DNA of 64,000 nucleotides, taken from contig JBDTCO010000006.1 in assembly GCA_039923495.1 (NCBI GenBank), positions 35,066-99,065 on the forward strand, written 5' to 3'. The notes under the pieces are model-generated. The model was given only the letters and a program-made list of their open reading frames with translations, did not search any database and was not told the DNA's origin. The DNA comes from Polyangia bacterium (lineage in GTDB: Bacteria; Myxococcota_A; Polyangia; Palsa-1104). The first letter of the stretch is position 1; each line of letters starts with the position of its first letter. Shown piece after piece: positions 49,278 through 60,583 of this stretch. The position numbers and the translations under genes are program-made.

Positions 49278-50924
49278 TCAGTGTCCGCGTTCCGTCGGGC
49301 AACGGTCGACGAGCGAGGAGACGAACGCATCATCCGGCGACGCAGCACGACGCCGAAGCTGCGTCATGGCCTCGGAGAGCGACGTCGGCGGCGCGCCCAT
49401 GCGACACAGCTGATCGAGGTGCAGCACCGCCTGCCAGACGGCGTAGCGACGGGTCTGGAGCTCGGTGTACGTCCCGAACGTCGGCACCGTCGCCGCCTTG
49501 CCGCAGAGCGTGTAGTCGAGGTCGAGGTCGTACTCGAGGACGATGGGCCGCGCGCTCGTGCGCACCGCCTCCGGAACGATGTCGCGCGCCCCGAGCAGCG
49601 GCGACAGCGAAGGATCTCGACGCAGCAGCGAGGCGCGCACGCCGGGCTGCACGAGGAAGTGTCGCGGGACGAACGTCAGGTCGGGGCGAGCGCCCTCGAC
49701 GACGCGGAGGTAGTCGAACGCGAACGTCGTCTGGAAGTACGACGTGATGACGACCGCGTGCGGTGGGCTCTCGTCGAGCAGCGGCGCGAGGATCGCGCGC
49801 GCGTCGTCGAAGCGAGCGAGCGACAGCGATGGTGCCACCCACGCTGCACGCACGCCGACGAGCGCGAGCGCTGCTCCGGCGATCACCGTGCCGCGCGCCT
49901 TGGCCAGGTGTGCAGCCACGGCGACGAGCGGCACGCACAGGAGCGCGAGCGCTGCGACGCCGGTGCCGAGGTACGCAAACGCGTCGGGGTTGCCCGAGTC
50001 GAACGTGACGAAGAGCCGACCGAACACGGGGCCGAACAGCATGAGCGCGAGCACGACGGCGAGCCGCGGGAAGCGACGCGCGCACAGGTAGAGGCCGCCG
50101 AGCGCCAAGAAGAGCGCGACGGGCGTGAGCTGATCGAGCAGCGCACCGACGAGCAAGGTCGCGTCACCGTGCGCGCCGCCGCTGGCCGACTTCTGGAACG
50201 ACTGCGCGCTCACGACCCAGAAGAAGTTCGCAAGCGTGGTGGGATGACCCCAGTCGAAGATCGGATCGTGGGCAGCGCGGAGCGGCAGATACAGGTAGAC
50301 ACAGAGGCCGAGTGCCGTCGCCAAAGCGGCCCTTGCGAGCGCCTTCCAGAAACCGGGGCGGGCGTGCTCGGGGACGATCAACGCGAGCGCGGGCGGTGCT
50401 GCACCGACGAGCACGAGGTAGTGGTGATCGGTGAGCCCGAGCCCGAAGCACAGGCCCGCCCACGCGAGCCAGCGCGGCTCGCCAGTCTCGGTGTAGCGCA
50501 CGCACAGGGCTATCGTGCCGAGCACCATCAGCGCCGAGAGCGCGTAGACCTCGGGGCGCACCGCCTGGAAGGCCGCTGCGTAGCTCGACGCCCACAGGAG
50601 CCCCGCCGCGATGCCGAGGACCGCAGCGGATCGACCCTGCACGAAGCGCCGCGCGATGCGCTCGCCGAGCCAGGTCACGACCGAGGCTGCGGCCGCGCCG
50701 CACACGAGCTGCGAGAGGCCAGCGCGCAAGGAGACGTCGCCGAGCGGGAGCAGCATGAAGAGCTTCTCGACGAGCACGGCGAGCGGCTGGCCCGGTGCGT
50801 GCGCGATGCCGAGCTCGAAGCCCGCACCCGCGAGCTCGCCCGAGTCGAGCCAGTACAGCGACGGGCAGAGGCCGAGCGCGTAGGCACACGCCGTCAGGAC
50901 GAACGTCAACGCCGCGGGGCTCAT
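49278..50924 (-). CDS. polytopic membrane protein (DUF2723/GT-C-like)
   Basis: Start MSPAALTFVLTACAYALG after a GAGG RBS; about 11 TM helices then a soluble C-terminal domain; the upstream 183 codons of ORF 49278..51473 are Arg/Glu-rich junk. Confidence 0.55.
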   Translation of the reverse strand: MSPAALTFVLTACAYALGLCPSLYWLDSGELAGAGFELGIAHAPGQPLAVLVEKLFMLLPLGDVSLRAGLSQLVCGAAAASVVTWLGERIARRFVQGRSAAVLGIAAGLLWASSYAAAFQAVRPEVYALSALMVLGTIALCVRYTETGEPRWLAWAGLCFGLGLTDHHYLVLVGAAPPALALIVPEHARPGFWKALARAALATALGLCVYLYLPLRAAHDPIFDWGHPTTLANFFWVVSAQSFQKSASGGAHGDATLLVGALLDQLTPVALFLALGGLYLCARRFPRLAVVLALMLFGPVFGRLFVTFDSGNPDAFAYLGTGVAALALLCVPLVAVAAHLAKARGTVIAGAALALVGVRAAWVAPSLSLARFDDARAILAPLLDESPPHAVVITSYFQTTFAFDYLRVVEGARPDLTFVPRHFLVQPGVRASLLRRDPSLSPLLGARDIVPEAVRTSARPIVLEYDLDLDYTLCGKAATVPTFGTYTELQTRRYAVWQAVLHLDQLCRMGAPPTSLSEAMTQLRRRAASPDDAFVSSLVDRCPTERGH

Positions 50925-51003
50925 GCGCGCCTCATCTTCACCCCTGGCACGGAGGAGGCGAAGGATTTCGTCCTCCACGCGTTTGGGGAGGTGGAGGTCG
51001 TCA

Positions 51004-51881
51004 TGAAACTGCGCGACAGGATGTGGACCACGTCTCGGATCGGGGAGCTCGTGGGGGTGGTGGCGTGCTCGGTGGTGGCAGCGTCGGCGATCCACGCCGG
51101 CCTCGCGCACCTGCTCACGACCCTCGACGGGCTGGGGCTCGCTCCTCCGCTCACCGACATCCTCGCGCCGCGCGCGCTCGGTCCCGCGGCGCACGAGGCG
51201 CGGCGGCTCTTCGTCGAGCTGGGCGTCGTATTCGGGGCGCTCATCGCGGCGTGGCGGACCCGCGCCTCGACGTGGACCGCGCGCTTCTTCTCCTGGACGG
51301 GCGCGGCGGTGCTGTTCTCGGGCTGCTCCTGCGTGCTCACGAGGCTGCTCGAGCGGCAGCTCGGCTTCGTGCCGTTCGGCCTCGCGACCGCGTGTCTCGT
51401 GCAGGTGCCCATCGCGGGGCTCGGCTGCGCGTCCGTCCTCGTTGGTGTGGAGCGCGCAGCAGGCCACGATCATCCGGGCGGCATGGCGTCGCTGGGTGGT
51501 GCGATGCTCGTCGTCCTGCTGGGGCTATCGGGCTACGCGATGCGCCCCGTCTCGTACCAGCCTCGCCCTGCGCACACCGCGACCATGATCCCGTGTCGAG
51601 CATCGCAGCACGACGCGCTCGTGCGCCTGCTCGGCAGCCTCTACCCGATGCTCTCGCTGCAGCAGCGCCACGTGCTCGCCAACCGGCTCGAGGCGCAGCG
51701 GGTCTACGGTCCACCTTGCCGCCCGCCGTCCGGTGTGAGCATCCGCGGGGCTCGTGGCGTGAGCGTCGAGCCGCCCCCGCAGCGTCATGCGCTGTCACTT
51801 TCGCTCGCCGCGATGGGCATCGCGGCGGCCGTCGTGGCGGCGGGCGTGCTGCGCCACCGGACGGCGCGCGCGCACTTTTGA
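51004..51881 (+). CDS. hypothetical integral membrane protein, 292 aa
   Basis: ATG 6 nt after GGAGGTGGAGG RBS; multiple TM helices; no kinase motifs; 40 nt upstream of the NtrC-family gene. Confidence 0.45.
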
Positions 51882-51921
51882 CGTCTGTTTTTTGATACCG
51901 TGGAGCCGCGATGGCGACTCG

Positions 51922-53393
<1,472 letters not shown>

Positions 53394-53394
<1 letters not shown>

Positions 53395-54344
53395 TGCGCA
53401 TCCTCGTGGTCATGGATCCGCCCGAGCTCGTGAACCCCGACGGAGACACGACGCTCGTCATCATGATGGAGGCGCTCGGGCGCGGTCACGAGGTCGCGAT
53501 CTGCGAGCCACGTCACCTCGAGCTCGACGGCGAGCACACGTTCGCGACGGTCACGAGGGTGGAAAAGGCCGAGCGCGCACGACCGCCGTTCGTGCTGTCG
53601 GCGGGCAGGCGCGAGGCACTCTCGAGCTACCAGGTCGTGCTCATGCGCAAGGATCCGCCGTTCGACGTGGATTACTTCACGTCCACGCTGCTGCTCGATC
53701 GCGCCAGGGGCAGGACGCTCGTCGTCAACGATCCGGCGTCGCTGCGCACGTGGAACGAGAAGCTCGCCATCTTCGAGTTTCCGAAGCTCATCGCCGAGAC
53801 GTATGTCACGCGCTCGGTCGCGCGCCTCCGCGAGCTGCTCGGTCAGCTCGGCGGCGAGATGATCGTGAAGCCGCTCGATGGTGCGGGCGGCGCGGGCGTC
53901 TTCTTCGTGAAGCAGGAAGACCGCAACGCGCAGGTCATCTTCGAGTCGGTGTCTATGGGCGAGCGCAAGTGGGTCATGGCGCAGCGCTACCTGCCCGCCG
54001 CGCGCGAGGGCGACAAGCGCATCCTGCTCCTCGACGGCGAGCCCATCGGTTCGGTGCTGCGCGTGCCGCGCTCCGACGACAACCGCGGCAATCTGCACGT
54101 CGGCGGCTCCGCGGTGAGGTCGCCGCTCTCGTCGCGCGAGCAGCAGATCTGCGACGAGGTCGGCGCGTGGTGCAAGCAGCACGGCCTCTACTGGGTCGGC
54201 CTCGACGTCATCGGCGGTCACCTCACCGAGGTCAACATCACGTCACCCACGGGCGTGCAGGAGATCAATCGCCTCGAGGGTCACAGCGGCAAGGCGATGC
54301 TCGAGTCGCGCTTCGTCGACTGGATCGAGCGCCGCGTCGCCTGA
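53394..54344 (+). CDS. gshB: glutathione synthetase (prokaryotic ATP-grasp type)
   Basis: Collinear with E. coli GshB: RILVVMDP, VVLMRKDPPFD, LVVNDPASLRTWNEKL, IVKPLDGAGGAGVF, MAQRYLPAAREGDKRILLLDGEPIG, LTEVNITSPTG; ATG overlaps the regulator stop (TGATG). Confidence 0.9.
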
Positions 54345-54345
54345 C

Positions 54346-56070
54346 GTGAGCGGTCGCTTCCGCACGCTCGCGCTCGTCACGCTCGCGCTCGTCGCGACCG
54401 CCGCGCTGTGGCAGCACCCCGGCTTCCTCTCGGGCGGCTACGACTTTCGCTACTTCGAGAGCGCGATGGAGGCCGCGCGCCGCAACATCGCCTGGTTCCA
54501 CCAGGCGCCGCTCTACGATCCGTGGATGTGCGGAGGCGAGGCGCAGCTCGCCAACCCGCAGTCCATCGCAGGCTCGCCCGCGTTTCTGCTCGTCGTGCTG
54601 TTCGGTACCGCGGTCGGTACGAAGCTCATGATGGTGCTGTTCATCGCGCTCGGCCTCGACGGCATGTATCGCCTCGCGCGACAGAGCGGCCTCGGCGGCG
54701 AGGCGTCCCTCGCCAGCGCGCTGACGTTCGGGCTGTCGGGCTGGGTCGTCGCACACTTCGCGATCGGCCACGTCTCGTTCTTCGGTGCGACGCTGCTGCC
54801 GTACCTCGTGTGCTTTTACCGTCGAGGACTCGATGATCTCCGCTGGGCCGTCGCAGCCGGTGCAGTGGCCGCGCTCATCGTCCTGACGGGCGGAACGTCG
54901 ACGGCCGTGATGGCCGCGGTGTGCCTCGCGGCCATCATCGTCGTCGATGTCGTGACGTTGAAGACCGCGCGGCCGCTGGGCGTCGCCGTCACGGCCGGCG
55001 TGTGCGCGCTCGCGTTCGGTGCGTACCGCATCCTGCCCGCGCTCGAGTTCGCGATCGATCACCCGCGCCACACCGTCGAGACTGATCGCTTCGGCCTCGT
55101 GTCGTTGCTGCGGGCTGCGGTGAGCCTCGACGTCGCCGGCAAGCTCCCGGGGCAGCGCTACGCGCTGCACGAGTATGTCTGGCGCTTGCCGCTCCTCGCG
55201 TGGCCGCTCATCGTCCTCGGCGGGATCGCGCTGTGGAAGCGCACGCTCCCGACGCAGCGCCTCGACCTCACGGTGCTGCTCGTCGCGCTCGTCGGCGTTG
55301 GCGTGGCGATGGGCGACGCGTTGCCGTACGGACCGTGGTGGGTGATGCGGCACGTGCCGGTGCTTCGTGATCTGCGTGCGCCGTCGCGCTACGTGCTGCT
55401 GGTCGCGCTCGCGCTCTCCTTGCTCGCGGGCGCCGGTGTCGAAGCGTTGCGGGAACGGATCTCCGGGCGCTCCATCGTTCTCGTCGTGCTCGGCCTGCTC
55501 GCGCTCGACGGCGTCGTCTTCGCGAACCGCGCGTTCACAGGGGTGTTCATGCTGCCGGCGCCCCCGATCTCCCACGCGAGCTTCCAGCAGGTGCAGGGCC
55601 ACTGGAGCCAGATGCTCCCGCTCGTCTACGCCAACCGCGGCGACGTCGGCTGCGACGAGGAAGCGCCGCTCACCCGGGCGAAGGCGCTCGAGCTCGGCGA
55701 CGTGCCGCAGGCGCGCCTCGAGGATCCGTCCGCGGGTCGCGTGGATCGTATCGAGTGGACCCCCAACGGCTACACGGTGACACTCACCACCACGCGCCCC
55801 ACGACCCTGTTGCTCGACATGAACTGGAGCGAGCACTTCCACGCCAGCGTCGGCAGCGTGAAGCGCTGGGGCGACAAGTGGCCCGCAGACAAGGACGGCG
55901 GCCGCCTCGCGGTCGAGCTCCCCCCGACGGCGGGCACCGTCACCGTCCGCTACCTCCCGCGTACCTTCGTGCTGGGCTGCATCGTCACCCTGCTCGCGGC
56001 ACTCTCGACGCTCTTCCTGGCCCGTCGCGCACGCCCCCGGAAAGGGGACGCGACGCGCACCATCGGCTAG
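54346..56070 (+). CDS. large polytopic membrane protein (GT-C-like candidate), 574 aa
   Basis: GTG start 2 nt after the gshB stop; about 12 TM helices, a soluble domain and a C-terminal TM plus RRARPRK. Confidence 0.5.
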   Translation: MSGRFRTLALVTLALVATAALWQHPGFLSGGYDFRYFESAMEAARRNIAWFHQAPLYDPWMCGGEAQLANPQSIAGSPAFLLVVLFGTAVGTKLMMVLFIALGLDGMYRLARQSGLGGEASLASALTFGLSGWVVAHFAIGHVSFFGATLLPYLVCFYRRGLDDLRWAVAAGAVAALIVLTGGTSTAVMAAVCLAAIIVVDVVTLKTARPLGVAVTAGVCALAFGAYRILPALEFAIDHPRHTVETDRFGLVSLLRAAVSLDVAGKLPGQRYALHEYVWRLPLLAWPLIVLGGIALWKRTLPTQRLDLTVLLVALVGVGVAMGDALPYGPWWVMRHVPVLRDLRAPSRYVLLVALALSLLAGAGVEALRERISGRSIVLVVLGLLALDGVVFANRAFTGVFMLPAPPISHASFQQVQGHWSQMLPLVYANRGDVGCDEEAPLTRAKALELGDVPQARLEDPSAGRVDRIEWTPNGYTVTLTTTRPTTLLLDMNWSEHFHASVGSVKRWGDKWPADKDGGRLAVELPPTAGTVTVRYLPRTFVLGCIVTLLAALSTLFLARRARPRKGDATRTIG

Positions 56071-56593
56071 AGCTTTTCGAGGGCGATGGCGGCTGCCAGC
56101 TGGGCGGACTCACCGACCGCTGCGCTGGTGACGCTGATGTCGACGGTGTGCTCGGTGCCGACGAGGACGTAGGCCTCGCTCGTCATCGGGGTGGTGTGCG
56201 GCTCGCCGATGCGGGTGCGGAAGCCGCGCGTCGACGTCGTGCGCCAGGCCTCGGGCGAGTCGGCGCGGAACGGATGCTCGACGTCGGGGTCGAGGAACGC
56301 ATGCTCGACGCTGAGCTCACCGCCGACGACATCGATCGTGGCGACCTTGCCGTCCGGCCCGTGGTAGATGCGCTCGGCCATGAGGCGCGAGGCCTGCGTC
56401 TTGCGCTCGGTGACGAGGCGCGCGCGCTCGATCGACAGCTTCGGCGCGCCGCTCGACGTCCATCCCCCGGGCAGCGTGGCGGGCAGGAGCGCGGCCATGC
56501 GCTCGATCTCGACCTGATCGTCGGTCCACACGGCCTTGTGCGGCTTGTGTGCGATGCAGCCGGCGAGCAACGCAAACAGGGCGAGGTACCTCA
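56067..56593 (-). CDS. hypothetical lipoprotein
   Basis: GTG start giving MRYLALFALLAGC lipobox; C-terminal protein-like part of ORF 56067..57008, whose upstream part is Arg/Ser-rich junk. Confidence 0.4.
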
Positions 56594-56736
56594 CGAGATG
56601 CGCTTCGTCATCGGAGAGGCGATCCACGCGTGCCCGAGCCGCGCTTCGGTGAGCAGCTGCGCGAGCCCGCGATGCACGGCCTTCGAGTCGAACGGGATGC
56701 GATCGTGCGCGTCGTCGGGCCTGGTCTCGCGCAGCA

Positions 56737-57108
56737 TCAGACCTTGCCGCCCCCGCGCGCGAGCCACTCGGACCAGCCGCCGGCCATCGAGCGGACGTTG
56801 GTGTAGCCCATCTTCTGGATGCTCTCGGCTGCGAGCGCGGAGCGAAAGCCACCTCCGCAGTAAAGGACGATGGGCGTGCCCTTGTCGGGGACGACCATCT
56901 CGATGTCGCGCTCGATGACGCCGCGCCCCATGTGCTCGGCGCCGGTCGCGTGGCCGGCGTGCCACTCGCCGTCCTCACGCACGTCGAGGAGGTGGAACGC
57001 ATCGCCACGCGTGCGTCGGGCGAGGACCTCGTCGACGGTGATCTCGGTGATGCGCTGCTTTGCTGCGTCGACCAGCTTCAGAAACTCGGGGGAATGGGTC
57101 TTGGCCAT
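56737..57108 (-). CDS. single-domain rhodanese-like sulfurtransferase
   Basis: Active-site loop IVLYCGGGFRSA with catalytic Cys. Confidence 0.8.
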   Translation of the reverse strand: MAKTHSPEFLKLVDAAKQRITEITVDEVLARRTRGDAFHLLDVREDGEWHAGHATGAEHMGRGVIERDIEMVVPDKGTPIVLYCGGGFRSALAAESIQKMGYTNVRSMAGGWSEWLARGGGKV

Positions 57109-57135
57109 GGGTCACCTTCCAGGCTACACAAACAC

Positions 57136-58236
57136 ATGGGACTGTCGCTGAGTTACATCGAGAAGCTACCGAAGACGGACCTCCACTGTCACCTCGATGG
57201 ATCGCTCCGCATCTCCACGATCCTCGATCTCGCGGCGCAGCAGAAGGTGCGACTTCCCGCCGAGGATCCGGAAAAGCTGTTCGCGCACATCTACGCGGGT
57301 GACGTGTGCGGCTCCCTGGAAGACTACCTCAAGGCGTTCGACGTCACGCTCTCGGTGTTGCAGACGGAGGAGGCGCTGTTTCGTGCCGCGTACGAGCTCG
57401 CGGAGGACTGCGCGCGCGAGAACGTTCAGTACATCGAGGTCCGCTACTCTCCGATGCTGCACACGCAGAAGGGGCTACGGCTCGCCGAGATCGTCGAGGC
57501 CGTGATCCAGGGGTTGCGCAGGGGTGAGCGCGACTTCGGCGTGCGCTCGGGCGTCATCCTCTGCGGCATCCGCAGCATCAGCCCCGAGGCGTCGCTGCGC
57601 ATGGCGGAGCTGTGCATCGCGTTCAAGAACCGCGGCGTCGTCGCCTTCGATCTCGCGGGCGCCGAGTACAACTATCCAGCGAAGGATCACCGGCAGGCGT
57701 TCCAGCTCATCCTCGACAACAACGTCAACTGCACTGCGCACGCGGGAGAGGCGTACGGTCCGGAGTCGATCGCACAGGCGATCCACGCCTGCGGCGCGCA
57801 TCGCATCGGTCACGGAACGCGTCTTCGCGAGAATGGTGACCTCCTCAATTACGTGAACGACCACCGCATCCCGCTCGAGATCTGCCTGTCGTCGAACATC
57901 CAGACCGGCGCGGCGCCCGACCTCGCATCGCACCCGCTGCCGTTCTTCTACAGCTACGGTCTGCGCGTCACGATCAACACCGACAACCGCCTCGTCACGG
58001 ACACCACGGTGTCGAAGGAGCTGCACCTCGTGCACCGCACGTTCGGGCTCGAGCTCGCCGACCTCAAGGAGATCATCGTGGATGGCTGGAAGTCCACATT
58101 CCTGCCCTACCGTGAGAAAGCGGACATGCTGCGCAAGATCACGCGCGAGCTCGAGCTCTTCACCGGAGATGAGGTGGAAGATGCGCGGCTTCGATCGGAT
58201 CGAGCGGCGCAATCCCCGTCGCTCAGGCGCTCCTGA
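57136..58236 (+). CDS. add: adenosine deaminase
   Basis: Internal Met MGLSLSYIEKLPKTDLHCHLDGS (HxHxDG metal site), catalytic AHAGE, ICLSSN, TINTDN. Confidence 0.85.
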   Translation: MGLSLSYIEKLPKTDLHCHLDGSLRISTILDLAAQQKVRLPAEDPEKLFAHIYAGDVCGSLEDYLKAFDVTLSVLQTEEALFRAAYELAEDCARENVQYIEVRYSPMLHTQKGLRLAEIVEAVIQGLRRGERDFGVRSGVILCGIRSISPEASLRMAELCIAFKNRGVVAFDLAGAEYNYPAKDHRQAFQLILDNNVNCTAHAGEAYGPESIAQAIHACGAHRIGHGTRLRENGDLLNYVNDHRIPLEICLSSNIQTGAAPDLASHPLPFFYSYGLRVTINTDNRLVTDTTVSKELHLVHRTFGLELADLKEIIVDGWKSTFLPYREKADMLRKITRELELFTGDEVEDARLRSDRAAQSPSLRRS

Positions 58237-58331
58237 ACACACGCGTCGTCACCGGTACAATTTGAAGGGCTCCGTCGGACCGCGTACACTTCGCAGCGCG
58301 GTGAGCGTGTGAGCGCCTCGGCGCAAACCAC

Positions 58332-59108
58332 ATGAGCGAATCGAACGAACCGGCCCTGTTGCCGCATCTCCCCGCCGTGTTCAACCTCTGCTCGCGCATG
58401 ACGTTGTCTGCCATCGATGCGCAGCGTGCGACCTACCAGACGTTCCAGCGCGCCGTCATCGGCAAGCCACCCACGGATGCGAACGAGCGCGAGCTGTGGC
58501 TGCTCAAGATCGCGGCGCACCTCGTGACGTCGCGGCTGCCGAGCGAGCCGGAGGTCGACTTCGATCTGCTCGACGACACGCTGCGCTCCGAGGCGACGCG
58601 CACCAACGAGGTCGCGTCGCTCACGTCTCCGCAGCGCGAGTTCCTGCTGTGGGAGCTCAAGCAGGGCTGCATGACCTCGGTCATCAACTGCCTCTCGCCC
58701 GGCGAGCGCGTCGCGTTCGTGTTCTCGTCGGTGATGGGCAAGACTGACGCGGAGGCCGCCATCGCGCTCGACATCAAGGAGAGCGCCTTCAAGGTGCGCC
58801 TCTCGCGCGCGCGCAAGAAGATCGGCGATCACCTCGCGCCGCGCTGCGAGCACATCGATCCGCGCAACCCGTGTCACTGCCCGTCGCGCATCGGGGTCGC
58901 GCTGCGCAAGGGCTTCATCGCGCCGCCGCTCAACGCCGAGGCCACGCTCCGCAAGAACCTTCGGCCGTTCAACAACGAGATCAAGTCGCACGACGCCGTG
59001 GACATCTTCCGCACGCTGCCGCCGGTCGAGGTGCCGGAGGCGCTCGTGCGCCGGATCACCGACTCGCTGCACACCGGAACCTGGGACGACGAGCTCGCGC
59101 AGAAGTAG
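58332..59108 (+). CDS. ECF-like sigma factor with C-terminal Cys/His-rich extension (CorE-like metal-sensing candidate)
   Basis: Region 2-like ATYQTFQRAVIG and region 4 LSPGERVAFVFSSVMGKTDAEAAIALDIKESAFKVRLSRARKKI, then LAPRCEHIDPRNPCHCPSR and about 60 further residues; extra Cys in ELKQGCMTSVINC. Confidence 0.55.
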   Translation: MSESNEPALLPHLPAVFNLCSRMTLSAIDAQRATYQTFQRAVIGKPPTDANERELWLLKIAAHLVTSRLPSEPEVDFDLLDDTLRSEATRTNEVASLTSPQREFLLWELKQGCMTSVINCLSPGERVAFVFSSVMGKTDAEAAIALDIKESAFKVRLSRARKKIGDHLAPRCEHIDPRNPCHCPSRIGVALRKGFIAPPLNAEATLRKNLRPFNNEIKSHDAVDIFRTLPPVEVPEALVRRITDSLHTGTWDDELAQK

Positions 59109-59165
59109 TATCGCCCGCGCTGGCCGCTGCCTCGCAGAACGTCCAGCCAAACAGGAGCACATCCC

Positions 59166-59975
59166 ATGACCGTCATCGGCCACCTGGCCACCGCCGGCGT
59201 CGTCGCCGGCACGACCGGGCTCATTCCCGTTCGCACGACCTTCCGCCTCATCGCCTACTACATCCTCGTGATGGCGTTCTTCGTCTTCTGGATCCACCAC
59301 GCGGATCCGAAGGAGGCGGCCGCGCTCTACATCGACTGGACCGGCAACATCGCCGGGCTCTACTTCGTGTGGAAATACTGGCGCGGCACGCAGGGCCAGC
59401 GGTTCTTCGTCGCGATGCTCGTCGGCAGCCAGCTGCTCGGAGGGTTCAGTCATCCCTTCGACATGCTCGTGCTGAAGATCAATGGCGCGGTCCCCGTCGG
59501 CAAGTGGGAGCCGCAGAACTTCTGGCACACGCCGCTGTTCGGCCTTGCCTATTGCACCCTCGTCTCGCCGCTCATCTGGTGGGTGCTGAAGATCCCGTAC
59601 CGACGCGCGCTCGGCGGGCTCGTGTTCGGCTACGCGCTGCACATCTGCATGGACACCATCACGTACAACTTCCCGATCTACTGGTTCTGGCCGTTCTCGG
59701 GGTGGGGCTGGGCCTTCGCGCAGGCGTGGATTCCCGAGACCACGGGCGCCGCGACGACGTTCGGCGGCGTGCTCTATCGCTTCCGCGACACCGACTACAA
59801 CCCGCACTGGGGCTGGGTCATCTACCAGACCGAGCCGCTCATCAACGTGCTGCTCTCGTTCCTGTTCGCGGCGCAGCAGTGGATGCGCCACTGGGGCCTC
59901 GCGCTGCCCGTCGAGAACCGGACACCTGCCGTCGAGACCCCAACGTCCTTGGACACCCGCAAGGAGTCCGCGTGA
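59166..59975 (+). CDS. Trp/His-rich integral membrane protein
   Basis: 269 aa, about 8 TM helices with conserved His inside helices (WIHHADP, HPFDM, YALHICMD). Confidence 0.45.
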   Translation: MTVIGHLATAGVVAGTTGLIPVRTTFRLIAYYILVMAFFVFWIHHADPKEAAALYIDWTGNIAGLYFVWKYWRGTQGQRFFVAMLVGSQLLGGFSHPFDMLVLKINGAVPVGKWEPQNFWHTPLFGLAYCTLVSPLIWWVLKIPYRRALGGLVFGYALHICMDTITYNFPIYWFWPFSGWGWAFAQAWIPETTGAATTFGGVLYRFRDTDYNPHWGWVIYQTEPLINVLLSFLFAAQQWMRHWGLALPVENRTPAVETPTSLDTRKESA

Positions 59976-59976
59976 G

Positions 59977-60477
59977 TTACTCGCAGTGCGTGCCGGTGCA
60001 GTCGGTGACGCAGCCATTGTCGCAGTGGGTCGTCTTCGTGCCGCACCACAGCTGATCCTCGCGACCGTAGCCCTGCTGTAGATCGTTGCCGACGCACTTT
60101 GCGGCGTTATCGCAGCTGATCGCGGGCGGCACGTTCGCGCTCCACCAGCCGCACGTGTCGATGTCGAGGCGTGCGTCCGCGCAGAAGCGGACCTGTGCCT
60201 TCGTGTCGACTCCGGTGACCTGCTTGCTCGATGCGCACTCGATCCCGGCCTGGCAGTCGGTGCTGGCGTCGCAGGTCTTCACGCACGCGGCGAGCGTCTG
60301 CTCCTTGACCGCGAGCTCGACACACACCTCGTCGGCCCCGCAGCGGGCGCACGTGACCTCGGGCGATGCGCACGCGACGTCGGGGATGTTGTGGGTCTCG
60401 TCGTAGGGCTGCTGGCCTCCACCCGGCTGACAGGCGGCGAGCGAGGCGACGAGGGCGAAGGACACGAGGATCTTCAT
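59977..60477 (-). CDS. Cys-rich secreted lipoprotein
   Basis: Internal Met MKILVSFALVASLAAC lipobox; 24 Cys in 167 aa. Confidence 0.5.
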   Translation of the reverse strand: MKILVSFALVASLAACQPGGGQQPYDETHNIPDVACASPEVTCARCGADEVCVELAVKEQTLAACVKTCDASTDCQAGIECASSKQVTGVDTKAQVRFCADARLDIDTCGWWSANVPPAISCDNAAKCVGNDLQQGYGREDQLWCGTKTTHCDNGCVTDCTGTHCE

Positions 60478-60583
60478 GCCTCGCTCCAGTGCAGCGAGCG
60501 GGCCGCGGTGGTTCACAGAGGCAACGTGTCGAGATCACTCGATCCGCGTGTCTGGAGCACGCGACGCGACCCGGACAATGATG

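Noticed and set aside
56067-57008. 313-aa ORF as one protein
   Set aside because: The upstream 138 codons are Ser/Arg/Ala-rich and are overlapped in another frame by the motif-bearing rhodanese gene. Only the C-terminal lipoprotein part (from the lipobox) is plausible.
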